A DNA stretch of 64,000 nucleotides from an uncultured delta proteobacterium (GTDB lineage Bacteria; Desulfobacterota; Syntrophia; Syntrophales; UBA2192). Below, in pieces: positions 18,517 through 33,653 of this stretch. Each line of letters begins with the position of its first letter. The stretch's first letter is position 1. Under the pieces are notes generated by a model. The model saw only the letters and a program-made list of their open reading frames with translations, was not told where the DNA came from and did no database searches. The position numbers and the translations under genes are program-made. The stretch covers positions 1 to 64,000 of the forward strand of contig CAVPJD010000026.1 in the NCBI GenBank assembly GCA_963705165.1. Reading direction: 5' to 3'.

Positions 18517-19332
18517 CTAAAAAGAGTGCTCCGGTCCGGGGAATGTCCCCTTCTTCACCTCGTCGATATACTGCGTGACGGCGTCCTTGATCTGCACATT
18601 CAGATTCGTATACTTCTTGACGAACTTCGGCGTAAAGCGCTCGAAGAGCCCCAGCATGTCGTGAACCACGAGGACCTGGCCGTCGCAGTGCAACCCGCCG
18701 CCGATCCCGATCGTGGACATGGAGAGCGAAGCAGTGATCTTCTCCGCGAGCGGAGCGGGAACACACTCCAGCACGATGGAGAACGCGCCGGCCTCCTCGA
18801 GGATCTTGGCATCTTCCAGGAGCTTCATCGCCGAAGGGTGATCCTTTCCCTGGACTTTGTAACCGCCGAGCTGGTGCACGGACTGGGGCGTGAGCCCGAT
18901 GTGGCCCATGACAGGGATGCCCGCCTGGGCGATCCTGCGGGTCACTTCTGCGACCTCGCGGCCGCCTTCAAGCTTCACCCCGTGAGCGCCGGCCTCCTGC
19001 ATGAAACGCCCTGCATTGCGGACGGCCTCCTCGACGGAAACCTGATACGACATAAACGGCATGTCGCCGATCACCATGGCCCGGTTCACGGCCCTCGTGA
19101 CGGCTTTCGTGTGATGAATCATGTCCTCCATCGTCACGGGAAGGGTGCTGTCGTAACCCAGGACCACCATCCCCAGGGAATCCCCCACGAGGATGAGATC
19201 GATCCCGGCCTCGTCCATGACGGCCGCCGTCGGGTAATCATAGGCCGTCAGCATGGAGATCTTTTCTCCCTTCTTTTTCATGTCCCGAACCGTTGCCGTT
19301 GTGACCCGCGTAATCTTGACCTGCGTGCTCAT
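18517..19332 (-). CDS. panB: 3-methyl-2-oxobutanoate hydroxymethyltransferase
   Basis: [42 protein letters not shown]. Confidence 0.97.
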   Translation of the reverse strand: MSTQVKITRVTTATVRDMKKKGEKISMLTAYDYPTAAVMDEAGIDLILVGDSLGMVVLGYDSTLPVTMEDMIHHTKAVTRAVNRAMVIGDMPFMSYQVSVEEAVRNAGRFMQEAGAHGVKLEGGREVAEVTRRIAQAGIPVMGHIGLTPQSVHQLGGYKVQGKDHPSAMKLLEDAKILEEAGAFSIVLECVPAPLAEKITASLSMSTIGIGGGLHCDGQVLVVHDMLGLFERFTPKFVKKYTNLNVQIKDAVTQYIDEVKKGTFPGPEHSF

Positions 19333-20225
19333 CCTCCCTTACCTCCCTTCAGAATCAAGCGGATTTCCGCCAGTTGTTCATCCTTCACCGTTCCCTTGCG
19401 GGCGGCCACCTCCGCCGTGAAGAGACCCATCTCGCGATAGAGCTTCAACAGCGACGGGAAGCGTTTCCGGAATCCCCGTACATGTTTTCGTACGGTACCC
19501 CCGTCGCCCCTCGCAATCGGCCCTGTCAGCGAAGGGATCGTTCCCTTGCTTTCGATATTGACGATCGTTCCCTTTACCAGGGGCCAGAAGGCCCGGATCG
19601 CCTCCTCGCGGGAAAGTCCCATTCGCCCGTAGATCTCCTCCACGAGATACATGAGCGTCACGAGGTAATTCGATGCCATGCAGGCCGCCGCGTGATAGAG
19701 GGCTTTATCCTCCCCGGAGACGTGAAAGGGCCTGCCGCCGAGATCCCCGACGATCCGGTCGGCCCAGGGCCCAATCTCCTCGTCGGCCGTAATGCCGAAG
19801 GTGCTGCCCGGGATCTTTTCGATTGCGCTTTCCACATCGGCTATGGTCTGCAGCGGGTGAATGCAGGCGACGTGAGCCCCATGGCGCTTCGCCGCCTCGA
19901 GCAGATCGAGCCCCCCGACGCCGCTGGTGTGGACTGCCTTGACCCCTTTTCGAAACCCGCCGCCCTCCGCTACTGCCTTGCAGACAGAGGCGACGGCATC
20001 GTCTGTCGTCGTGATGAGTACGCAGTTGGCCTCGCGGGCTGCACGCACGAAGTCCGTCGTAGGCTCTCCCCCGGTGTAGGCAACAGCCCGCTTCGCCGAT
20101 TCGAGGGAACGGCCGGCGACGGCCACGATGTCATACCCGGCCCGTCTCAGCAGATGGCCCACCGCCGTGCCGACCTTGCCGGGCCCGAGAATGGCGATGC
20201 GCTCCTTTTCCGATGTCTCTATCAT
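19329..20225 (-). CDS. panG: Rossmann/DUF2520 oxidoreductase, probable PanG-type ketopantoate reductase
   Basis: [35 protein letters not shown]; overlaps panB by 4 bp. Confidence 0.75.
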   Translation of the reverse strand: MIETSEKERIAILGPGKVGTAVGHLLRRAGYDIVAVAGRSLESAKRAVAYTGGEPTTDFVRAAREANCVLITTTDDAVASVCKAVAEGGGFRKGVKAVHTSGVGGLDLLEAAKRHGAHVACIHPLQTIADVESAIEKIPGSTFGITADEEIGPWADRIVGDLGGRPFHVSGEDKALYHAAACMASNYLVTLMYLVEEIYGRMGLSREEAIRAFWPLVKGTIVNIESKGTIPSLTGPIARGDGGTVRKHVRGFRKRFPSLLKLYREMGLFTAEVAARKGTVKDEQLAEIRLILKGGKGG

Positions 20226-20241
20226 CCGTCCCCCCCAAACT

Positions 20242-20344
20242 AAAACAAGCCTTCCCCACTGCGCAGGGAAGGCTTGTACATACCTCATCCGTAATCGATG
20301 GCTGTCCGTCCCCGTCCCAGTCCTGCAAGTGGATCCAAGCGGTT
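20242..20344 (-). ncRNA. pan-motif-like leader with terminator upstream of panG-panB
   Basis: Minus-strand AACCGCTTGGATCC-acttgca-GGACTGGGACGG (20344-20312); terminator ACAAGCCTTCCC..GGGAAGGCTTGT-TTT; TTGACA at 20378-20373. Confidence 0.7.
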
Positions 20345-20490
20345 GTGCCCTGTTAGCACGGTCGTGGCCTGCTGTCAAGCACCGCTTCGGACGGGGAGGA
20401 GGGCCTCCGGCCATGACCTGCGGTCTAAATTGCTTGTCAACGGGGTCATGATTTCCTATAGTGATCTCAATTCGAATGAAGGAACCCGAA

Positions 20491-21135
20491 ATGATCCCTG
20501 TGAAACTGATGGTCTTCGATCTCGACGGCACACTGGCCGATACGGGGGCCGACCTGGCCGGCTCCGTGAATCGGACCCTCCAGTCCCTGGGAATCCCGAC
20601 ACGCCCCGATCCGGAAATCCTTGGATTTGTCGGCGATGGCGTCCGCAAGCTCATGGAACGGTCCCTGGGGGATGCCTACGGGGAGCGTTTCGAGGAGGCG
20701 CTGAAGCGATTCGAAGAAATCTATGCCGAGCACCTTCTCGATCAAACAACCCTTTACCCCGGAGTACCGCAGGTCCTGAGCCATTTCGGAGTCAAGGAAA
20801 AGGTACTCATCACGAACAAGAACCTGGATTTCACCCTGGCCATCTGCAGCGGACTGGGAATTGCCGGATTTTTCAAGGAAATCGTCGCCGGGGATTCGCA
20901 TGAGTTCATGAAACCGGACCCCCGGCTGCTGCTGCCGCTTTTAGAGAAATTCGGGGCCGGACCCGCAGAAACCCTTGTCATTGGCGACGGAGTGAACGAC
21001 ATCCTGCTTGCCAGAAACACGGGCGCCCGGAGCTGCGCATTCCTGAACGGTCTCGGAAACCGCGAAGCGCTGCTGCGCCTGGGTCCGGATTTCACCATCG
21101 AAAAGATGATCGATCTCAAAGAAATCGCGTGGTAG
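20491..21135 (+). CDS. HAD-family phosphatase (phosphoglycolate phosphatase-like)
   Basis: FDLDGTLAD, ITNK, KPDP, IGDGVND. Confidence 0.85.
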   Translation: MIPVKLMVFDLDGTLADTGADLAGSVNRTLQSLGIPTRPDPEILGFVGDGVRKLMERSLGDAYGERFEEALKRFEEIYAEHLLDQTTLYPGVPQVLSHFGVKEKVLITNKNLDFTLAICSGLGIAGFFKEIVAGDSHEFMKPDPRLLLPLLEKFGAGPAETLVIGDGVNDILLARNTGARSCAFLNGLGNREALLRLGPDFTIEKMIDLKEIAW

Positions 21136-21148
21136 CCGCAACAAAGTC

Positions 21149-22591
21149 ATGCTGACCCAGGACATGCGAACCCAAGACATGCTCACCAAGGTCCGGAAAA
21201 CGATCAACAAGCACGACATGCTCCGAAAGGGGGATCACGTCCTCGTCGGGGTGTCGGGCGGTGCCGACTCGGTGGCCCTTCTTGCGGTGCTGAACCATCT
21301 GCGTCCCGCCTGGGCGCTCACCCTCACGGCAGCCCATTTCAACCACAAAACCAGGGCCGCCGAATCCGATCGGGACGAGGCCTTCGTTCTGACCCTCTGC
21401 CAATCCATGGGGATCGCCGTTGTCTGCGGCTCGCTCAAGGAGGGGACGAGGCCCCGCGGTCTCTCCATCGAGGATTTCCTCAGGCGGAGCCGCTACGGCT
21501 TCTTCGAGAAAATGCGACGGAAAGCGGGGGCCAACCGGATTGCACTGGGCCACCATCAGGGCGACCAGGCTGAGACGGTCCTCATGAACGTCATCCGGGG
21601 CGCGGGACTTGCCGGGATTTCTGGTATGCCCCCCGTGCGCAACGCAGGCACCATCATCCGCCCGCTCATCGACTGCCCTCGACGCGATATCCTTGATTAC
21701 CTCGCTGCCGTTGGGCTGTCCTTCGTCGACGACAGTTCCAATACCGACAAGCGCTTCCTGCGCAACCGCATCCGCGCGCACCTGATGCCGGAGCTGCAGA
21801 AGAGCTACAACCCGGCCATCCACGAAACGCTCTGCCGTCTGGCCGACGTCCTTCGGGCGGAAAATGATTATATGACCCGTGACGCTCAGCGTCGACTGGC
21901 ACATTGGAGGGACGGCCGGGTGCAGGAGAATCCCCTGGAGGTGCCCATCGCAGAGCTCAATGTCCTCCATCCGGCCCTGCAGCGCAGGGCGATTCTGGAA
22001 ATTGCCCGGGAGGTCTGCGCCGAGGATGCCGCCATCGGGTTCGAACATGTCCAGGCCGTGCTCGCTCTGGCGGGCGGCACAAACCCCGGAGGCTCGCTGG
22101 ATCTGCCGGGAGGGATCCTGGTCCAGAGAAAGTACGGAATGCTTGAATTCCGCCAGGTCGTGCGGCCGGGCGGGCGGCCCCGTAAAGGCATGGCACCGGG
22201 AGACGCGACAGAAACATTCAGCCACGAAGTCTCTATCCCGGGCACGGTCCGAATCGCGAGCCTCGGAATAAGCATCCGGTTCCGGGAGCTCAGGCGGGTG
22301 CCATCGGTTTTGTCGGCCCAGCGGAAGGCATACCTGGATCTGGACCGGATTGCCCTCCCGCTCGTCGTCCGCAGCGTGTCAGCGGGAGACCGCATTCAGC
22401 CCCTGGGAATGAAAGGGACCCGGAAGCTCAAATCGGTTTTCATCGACGAGAAGATCCCGAAGGAACAAAGGCGTGCGATCCCCGTGCTGGCCGATGGCAT
22501 TTCCGTCCTCTGGGTCCCGGGCGTGCGTCTTTCTGAAAGGGTCCGCGTCGGAAAAGGGACGAAGCGCGTCCTGAGCGCAGAAATCGTTTGA
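21149..22591 (+). CDS. tilS: tRNA(Ile)-lysidine synthase
   Basis: VSGGADSVALL PP-loop, DQAETVL, IRPL, DSSN..RNRIR, C-terminal GDRIQPLG; exact start uncertain. Confidence 0.93.
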   Translation: MLTQDMRTQDMLTKVRKTINKHDMLRKGDHVLVGVSGGADSVALLAVLNHLRPAWALTLTAAHFNHKTRAAESDRDEAFVLTLCQSMGIAVVCGSLKEGTRPRGLSIEDFLRRSRYGFFEKMRRKAGANRIALGHHQGDQAETVLMNVIRGAGLAGISGMPPVRNAGTIIRPLIDCPRRDILDYLAAVGLSFVDDSSNTDKRFLRNRIRAHLMPELQKSYNPAIHETLCRLADVLRAENDYMTRDAQRRLAHWRDGRVQENPLEVPIAELNVLHPALQRRAILEIAREVCAEDAAIGFEHVQAVLALAGGTNPGGSLDLPGGILVQRKYGMLEFRQVVRPGGRPRKGMAPGDATETFSHEVSIPGTVRIASLGISIRFRELRRVPSVLSAQRKAYLDLDRIALPLVVRSVSAGDRIQPLGMKGTRKLKSVFIDEKIPKEQRRAIPVLADGISVLWVPGVRLSERVRVGKGTKRVLSAEIV

Positions 22592-22739
22592 AAATTTAGC
22601 GATGTTGGTATAATTAACAGTCCTTAACTCCCGGGTGACAGGAAGTTTGCATCTTGAGAGCCCTTTTTTCAGCCGCACTATCCTGTGATCCGGTTTTGGC
22701 GTCCAGGTCCAATACCCCACGCATGGAGGAATTCGAGGA

Positions 22740-24569
<1,830 letters not shown>

Positions 24570-24682
24570 GATGAGTCAAGCATCGGGGGCCTGCCGGACC
24601 TGTCAGCAGGCACCCGATGCTTAAGCCCGACAAGGTGCGTTTCCTTCAGATTGGGAGCGCACCCTTTTTTTAGAGGCAACCC

Positions 24683-25894
24683 TTGAAGAACCGCATCCGC
24701 CCCCTTTCAGTGACTTCGCTTCCCGAGGCCGAGGATTGCCTGAAAAAGATCGGTGTCGAGCCCTACGGGATTGCGTCGATGGGGACCAAGATGAGCCATT
24801 TGAACCTGCTCATCGAGGGATTGAAGCCGAAGGTGGCCAACATCATCAAGCAGGAAATGCTCTCGCTGGGCGGCGATGCCGCCGTGTCGCGCGGCTCCGT
24901 CGACTGCAGCATCGAGAAGACGGACGTGCTCATCATGGGCACCGGGAAGCAGGTCCTGCGCTTCATCGAAAAGGTCGCTCTCCAGCCCTTCGGGTTGAAG
25001 GCCATCGCCTCCGATCTCCGGGAGCTTCTCCTCAACCTTTCGAAGGAGTCCTTTCAGCTGAAAACACCCCGGCGCGCAATCGAGCTGGCGAGACGGACCC
25101 TTGTCATGGGGGTGATCAACGCAACGCCCGATTCCTTCTCAGACGGCGGCACGATCAACAGCGAGGAAGAAGGGTTGCGGCAGGCCATGAAATTGCTTGG
25201 CGAGGGGGCGGATATCCTCGACGTCGGCGGGGAATCCTCCCGTCCCGGCGCAGAACCGGTCGCGCTCCGGGAAGAGCTCCGCAGGGTGGTGCCGCTGATC
25301 CGCCGGATCACCCGTGAGACGAGTATCCCCGTATCCGTCGACACCACCAAGGCCGAGGTGGCGCGGCAGGCCATCGATGCGGGGGCCGAGATCATCAACG
25401 ACATCACGGCGCTCCGGGGGGACGGCAGAATGGCCCGGGTTGCCGCCTCGGCGGGCGTGCCGGTGATCCTCATGCACATGAGGGGGACCCCCTCGACCAT
25501 GCAGAAAGAGGATCTCGCCTATGGGTCGCTCATCGGGGAGATTCGCGATTTCCTCGAAGACCGGATCGAAAAGGCCTCTTCTTCGGGAATTCAAACCGAC
25601 AACCTGGTCATCGATCCGGGGATCGGTTTCGGAAAGAACGTCGACGACAACCTCCGGCTTCTGCGTCATCTCGGGGAGTTCAAGGCCCTGGGCAGGCCGA
25701 TCTGCGTCGGCGTGTCCCGCAAACACTTCACGGGCAAGATCACGGGAGTCACACGCCCGGCAGAGAGGTTCGAGGGAACTGCCGCAGCGGTGACCGCGGC
25801 CATCCTGAACGGCGCAAACATCATCCGGGTGCACGACGTCGGGACCATGAAGCGGGTAGCAGCCATGGCCGACGCCATCAGGAGGGTCCGATGA
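24683..25894 (+). CDS. folP: Dihydropteroate synthase with N-terminal extension
   Basis: MGVINATPDSFSDGG, DVGGESSRPG, DPGIGFGK, SRK, RVHDV. Confidence 0.95.
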   Translation: MKNRIRPLSVTSLPEAEDCLKKIGVEPYGIASMGTKMSHLNLLIEGLKPKVANIIKQEMLSLGGDAAVSRGSVDCSIEKTDVLIMGTGKQVLRFIEKVALQPFGLKAIASDLRELLLNLSKESFQLKTPRRAIELARRTLVMGVINATPDSFSDGGTINSEEEGLRQAMKLLGEGADILDVGGESSRPGAEPVALREELRRVVPLIRRITRETSIPVSVDTTKAEVARQAIDAGAEIINDITALRGDGRMARVAASAGVPVILMHMRGTPSTMQKEDLAYGSLIGEIRDFLEDRIEKASSSGIQTDNLVIDPGIGFGKNVDDNLRLLRHLGEFKALGRPICVGVSRKHFTGKITGVTRPAERFEGTAAAVTAAILNGANIIRVHDVGTMKRVAAMADAIRRVR

Positions 25895-26298
25895 TCGATG
25901 CCGTCGGGGTTGACATCGCCGATGTGAAAAGGATAAAAGCCTCTCTCGATCGATGGGGGGAGCGGTTCGTAGCGAGGATCTTTTCCCCCCGCGAAGCCCA
26001 GTACTGCCGGCGGCACCGCGACGAGGCGCTGCGCTTTGCCGCCCGCTTTGCCGCCAAGGAAGCCTTCATCAAGTGCATGGGCTCCGCCCGGGGCCTCCTC
26101 TGGCATGAGATCGAACTGCTCAACGACCGAAAGGGAAAACCGCTATTCCGGTTTTCCGATAGCATCCGGAAAAAACTGGACGGCAAAAATATTCAAAAGG
26201 TCCATGTCAGCATCTCCCACACGGCCGAATACGCCGTGGCGTTCGTCGTCTTCGAGACGGGACGGGACGAAGGCGAAAAGCCGGCAGAGAGGATTTGA
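25891..26298 (+). CDS. acpS: Holo-ACP synthase
   Basis: GVDIAD, RFAAKEA, GKP, VSISH. Confidence 0.93.
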   Translation: MIDAVGVDIADVKRIKASLDRWGERFVARIFSPREAQYCRRHRDEALRFAARFAAKEAFIKCMGSARGLLWHEIELLNDRKGKPLFRFSDSIRKKLDGKNIQKVHVSISHTAEYAVAFVVFETGRDEGEKPAERI

Positions 26299-26756
26299 TT
26301 TTGAAGCTGATTTCTGATAGTCGGGAGAAGACTCTGGAGATGGGCCGGCTCATCGGAGCGATCCTCGAGAGAGGGGACATCGTGGCCCTGATCGGGGAGC
26401 TTGGCTCCGGGAAGACCTGCCTCACCCAGGGCATGGCGAGGGGGATGGGGGTCGCGGAAAACGTGCCCGTGGTGAGTCCCACGTTCACCCTGATCAACGA
26501 GTACCCGGGGAAAATTCCTCTCATTCATCTGGATGTCTACCGGCTTTCGGGGCCCCGGGACCTGGAGGACATGGGCTACGAGGAGTATTTCTACGGCGGC
26601 GGGATCATCGTGATCGAATGGGCCGAGAAGATCCGGGACATCCTGCCGGCAAAGACACTTTTTGTCAGCATGCGATACCTCGACGAAAACACCCGGGAAA
26701 TGATCCTGGAGGGACCCGAGGGAAAGATCAGAAAACTTGAGGAGATTCTGAATTGA
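26295..26756 (+). CDS. tsaE: tRNA threonylcarbamoyladenosine biosynthesis ATPase
   Basis: GELGSGKT, VSPTFTL, HLDVYRL, IEWAE. Confidence 0.95.
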   Translation: MILKLISDSREKTLEMGRLIGAILERGDIVALIGELGSGKTCLTQGMARGMGVAENVPVVSPTFTLINEYPGKIPLIHLDVYRLSGPRDLEDMGYEEYFYGGGIIVIEWAEKIRDILPAKTLFVSMRYLDENTREMILEGPEGKIRKLEEILN

Positions 26757-26906
26757 AATGCCTTGCACCAAGGTGCCAGGCATTCAGAAACATAAGGAAT
26801 TGAATGATCTGTCATTATGCCCGCAACCCCTGCAGCAACGTTCGACTGGCTCACGTCAGGCGCTGAGGGGCCTGCGCGTGCAATCGTTTTCAGGAGGATC
26901 GATTTC

Positions 26907-28127
26907 ATGGCGTTGATCGTGCAAAAATACGGCGGGACGTCCGTCGCCAACCTGGAGAAAATCCGGAATGTGGCTCAGCGCGTCATCCGCGCCAAAGAAG
27001 GGGGCAACAACCTGGTCGTCGTGCTGTCGGCCATGGCGGGTGAGACGGACCGCCTCATCGGGCTCGCCAACCAGGCATCGGAGAGCAAGCCGGACGAGCG
27101 GGAGTACGATGCCCTTATCGCCACGGGCGAACAGGTCACGGTGACGCTGCTTGCCCTCACCCTCAACCGGATGGGGCACAAGGCCAGATCCTTCCTGGCC
27201 CATCAGGTCAAGATTCACACGGACCGTGCCCACACGAAAGCGCGGATCCTCAAGGTGGATACCCGGGAAATCGAAAAGGAGCTGAAGAAAGGGCACATCG
27301 TCGTGGTGGCCGGTTTCCAGGGTGTCGATACGGAAAATCATGTCACGACGCTGGGCCGAGGCGGTTCCGACACGAGTGCCGTGGCGCTGGCGGCCTCCCT
27401 GAAGGCCGATATGTGCGAGATCTACACCGACGTGGACGGGGTCTACACAACGGACCCGAACCTCTGCCGGTCGGCCCGCAAACTGGCCAAGGTCTCCTAC
27501 GACGAGATGCTGGAGATGGCCAGCGCTGGGGCCAAGGTCCTCCATCCCCGCTCGGTGGAACTGGCAAAGAAATACGATGTCCCCGTTTACGTAAAGTCAT
27601 CGTTCACCGATGACGAAGGCACTCTGGTCACGAAGGAGGATGAGGAAATGGAAGCAGTCGTTGTGTCGGGAGTCACCTATGACAGGGATCAGGCAAAGGT
27701 TACCGTCGTTCATGTGCCGGACCGGCCCGGCATCGCGGCCCGCCTTTTCACGACGTTGTCGGATCGCAATATTCCCGTCGACATGATCATCCAGAATGCC
27801 AGCGTCGAGGCTTTGACGGATCTCTCCTTCACCGTCTCCAAAAAGGACATGAAAGAGGTGGAGCGTTTGATCGGTCCCGTTGCCACGGAGATCGGGGCTC
27901 TGGGGGTCCAGTATGACCAGAACATCTCCAAGGTATCCATCATCGGGGTGGGCATGCGCAGCCACGCCGGTGTGGCCTCCAGGATGTTTGCGGCCCTTGC
28001 CAAGGAAGGCATCAACATCCTCATGATCAGCACCTCGGAGATCAAGATCTCCTGTGTCATCGAGTCCAAGTACACGGAGCTGGCCGTCATGGTCCTCCAC
28101 GAAACCTTCGGGCTGGACCGGAAGTGA
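26907..28127 (+). CDS. lysC: Aspartate kinase
   Basis: [31 protein letters not shown], two ACT domains; AGGAGG SD. Confidence 0.96.
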   Translation: MALIVQKYGGTSVANLEKIRNVAQRVIRAKEGGNNLVVVLSAMAGETDRLIGLANQASESKPDEREYDALIATGEQVTVTLLALTLNRMGHKARSFLAHQVKIHTDRAHTKARILKVDTREIEKELKKGHIVVVAGFQGVDTENHVTTLGRGGSDTSAVALAASLKADMCEIYTDVDGVYTTDPNLCRSARKLAKVSYDEMLEMASAGAKVLHPRSVELAKKYDVPVYVKSSFTDDEGTLVTKEDEEMEAVVVSGVTYDRDQAKVTVVHVPDRPGIAARLFTTLSDRNIPVDMIIQNASVEALTDLSFTVSKKDMKEVERLIGPVATEIGALGVQYDQNISKVSIIGVGMRSHAGVASRMFAALAKEGINILMISTSEIKISCVIESKYTELAVMVLHETFGLDRK

Positions 28128-28209
28128 AATCGATCGCCTTCTGAAACCGGGGCCGGGACGATCTGTCTGCATAGATCCCTCCGGTCTTTCACCAAGAGGG
28201 CAGGGGATC

Positions 28210-28779
28210 ATGAAAGCAGGCAGGGAGAAGGTTTTCGGAAGCTTCGCCCTTTTCGCCGTAACGGCCTTACTCATTTTTATCACCCTCCCTTCACGGATCC
28301 CGCGCGAACCGGTCGCCCCGGATATCCCTTTCACCATCGAGAAGCCCGGAACGATCGCCGTGGAGATCGCCGGCGAGTCAGGCCGCAACGGTGTCTACTT
28401 CATCCCGAAGGAGACCCCGTTGACCGGGTTTCTGGACATGGCCGGCATCACGGCTGCAGGCGTCAACAGGGAGGCCAACCGAGCCCCCACGCTCCGGTCG
28501 GCAACGACAGTTACCCTGATGTCGAGCCCCCCCGGAATTTCCGTTGAGCCCATGGCTGCAGACAAACGCCTGGCCCTCGGCATTCCCATCGACCTCAACC
28601 GTTCATCTCTTGAGGATCTTGTCCTCGTCCCCGGGATCGGGGAGAAAACCGCCGAGAAGATCGTGGAAGAGCGCGGTCTCAACGGGACGTTCGGCAAGCT
28701 CGAGGAGCTCATGCGGGTCAAGGGGATCAAGGAAAAACGACTCGAGAGGCTCCGGAGATATCTCTGCATCGGGTGCTGA
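28210..28779 (+). CDS. ComEA-like helix-hairpin-helix DNA-binding protein
   Basis: N-terminal TM; IDLN..LVPGIGEKTAEKIV..F..L..VKGI. Confidence 0.8.
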   Translation: MKAGREKVFGSFALFAVTALLIFITLPSRIPREPVAPDIPFTIEKPGTIAVEIAGESGRNGVYFIPKETPLTGFLDMAGITAAGVNREANRAPTLRSATTVTLMSSPPGISVEPMAADKRLALGIPIDLNRSSLEDLVLVPGIGEKTAEKIVEERGLNGTFGKLEELMRVKGIKEKRLERLRRYLCIGC

Positions 28780-28970
28780 GCCTCCGTTACGGCTGTGCAA
28801 CCTTTCGATATCTGTTCCCTTCTTCATTATTTCCCTCTCGCGCTGAGTTTTGCCTTGACACTAACGGGCGTCTCCCTTTATAGTTCCTGCGCCTTAATAT
28901 CCAGTGTTCAAGGGAACTTACGGACGGCATTGGCTTCCGTTTCACCATAGAAAACGAGGGGGATCACAAC

Positions 28971-32171
<3,201 letters not shown>

Positions 32172-32204
32172 GACAGGCAACAGGCTGAAGGCCACAGGCT
32201 AAGG

Positions 32205-32241
32205 AAAAAGGATCGGGAGAATGCATCCCCGATCCTTTTTT
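32205..32241. terminator. Bidirectional terminator after carB
   Basis: AAAAAGGATCGGG..CCCGATCCTTTTTT, flanked by heptamer repeats. Confidence 0.8.
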
Positions 32242-32276
32242 ATGCCTAGACCCTGTACCCGATACCCTAGACCCTT

Positions 32277-33308
32277 TTATTGGTAATGTTTCTCGTAGAT
32301 CTCCCATAAGGTCGACATCAACGCCGTGATGATCGGCCCGATGACGAACCCCGAGACCCCGAAGACGGCAATGCCGCCGAGGGTGGAAAGAAAGATGAGC
32401 AGCGGGTGCATATGGGTGTCTTTTCCGACAAGCAACGGACGCAGGATATTGTCGATCGAGCTGATCACCAGGGAGCCCACGGCGATGATGACGACGCCCT
32501 CCCAGATGTGGCCCGTAGCAATCAGGATGAGTGCCGCCGGTGCCCAGATGATGGCGCACCCGATCCCGGGGATCGCCGCCGCCAGGATCATGATCACCCC
32601 CCAGACGATGGCACTGTTGATCCCAACGGCCCAGAAGAGAATTCCCCCCATCGTCCCCTGGATCACGCCCACAATGAGCGTTCCCTTGATGATCGCCAGG
32701 GACGTCGACGTGAAACGCTTGTAGATCCGGTTCCCGATCTCGTCCTTCAACTCGAAAATGTAGAAGGAACTCCGCAGGAGTTTGTCCCCGTCGCGGATAA
32801 AGAAAAAGAGGCAATAGAGCATGACGACGAAGTTGATGATCAGGAGAAGGGTATTCTGCGTCAGATCGGTGAGGTAGCCCACGATGTATTTTGAAATGCT
32901 TCCGGAAACATCGTAAAACTTCTCGGTCAGTGCCTTTTCATCCAGATCGAGCTTTTGAAGATAGGGATTCCCTTTGAGGAGATTGATGATTCCCTGGGCT
33001 TTCTGCTGGATATCCTCCGTGTCTTTCAGCGCGGAATACATGTCGATGGCCTGTGCCAGAAGGATGCTGGCAATGACCGCAAGCGGCAAAATGATGACAA
33101 AAAGCACCACGAAAAGCATGATCGCCGTGCTAAGGTTCGGGTGCCTGAGCCTGCGGTTGAGGACTTTGTACATCGGGCCGAAAATGCCTGCGATGACAGC
33201 GGCCCAGAAAATGGGGTAGGCGAAGGGTTTCAGCAGCCAGAGGAAGGCGATCGTCCCCAGTATCAGGATCGCGAGGAAAATATTCTTTCTGACTTTCTGT
33301 ATTTCCAT
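32277..33308 (-). CDS. AI-2E family transporter
   Basis: Multi-TM; FFFIRDG, IDNILRP, GGIAVFG..GFVIGP; ATG at 33308. Confidence 0.88.
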   Translation of the reverse strand: MEIQKVRKNIFLAILILGTIAFLWLLKPFAYPIFWAAVIAGIFGPMYKVLNRRLRHPNLSTAIMLFVVLFVIILPLAVIASILLAQAIDMYSALKDTEDIQQKAQGIINLLKGNPYLQKLDLDEKALTEKFYDVSGSISKYIVGYLTDLTQNTLLLIINFVVMLYCLFFFIRDGDKLLRSSFYIFELKDEIGNRIYKRFTSTSLAIIKGTLIVGVIQGTMGGILFWAVGINSAIVWGVIMILAAAIPGIGCAIIWAPAALILIATGHIWEGVVIIAVGSLVISSIDNILRPLLVGKDTHMHPLLIFLSTLGGIAVFGVSGFVIGPIITALMSTLWEIYEKHYQ

Positions 33309-33407
33309 GATAATAAACCCGGTAGTCAGGCAGCAATAACAACATACCAGAACAGTGCATTGAATTGAAATGATTATTTTAATTTCAGTTTCGACATCCG
33401 GCTTTTC

Positions 33408-33423
33408 TGGACGAGAACTTGCA
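33408..33423 (+). promoter_or_regulatory. Putative sigma54 -24/-12 promoter
   Basis: TGGACGAGAACTTGCA (GG-N10-GC with TTGC), AT-rich tract upstream. Confidence 0.45.
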
Positions 33424-33629
33424 TGATCATGAAGGAAAAGAAGGAGCAGCCCCTGGCCCAGGAGCAACAATCGGCAAGAGAGACCCCCTCGGTCCTTGAC
33501 GATGACTGGGAAAACTGCAAAGGGCAGTGCGGAGCGGACCCCTGGTGCAGGGAATGCATGCGGGAAAAAGAGCGGTTGCACCAAGAAAGGCTAAACCGGC
33601 AGGGGCGATCTGACGATAAGATAGATTGA
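33423..33629 (+). CDS. Small hypothetical protein with four-Cys motif
   Basis: CKGQCGADPWCREC; fills the intergenic gap; start codon uncertain. Confidence 0.55.
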   Translation: MIMKEKKEQPLAQEQQSARETPSVLDDDWENCKGQCGADPWCRECMREKERLHQERLNRQGRSDDKID

Positions 33630-33653
33630 GAAGACCAATCGGGGGATGGAATC

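Noticed and set aside
19329..20654. 441 aa ORF-track version of the DUF2520 gene
   Set aside because: The extension runs through the leader RNA, terminator and the divergent HAD gene; family similarity starts at ATG 20225
21148..21190. 15-bp triple repeat at the tilS start (MLTQD-MRTQD-MLTK)
   Set aside because: Real but probably a neutral slippage duplication that only blurs the start codon
26763..26778. Minus-strand TGGCACCTTGGTGCA as a sigma54 promoter
   Set aside because: GG-to-GC spacing is one base short and it points antisense into tsaE; better explained as a hairpin
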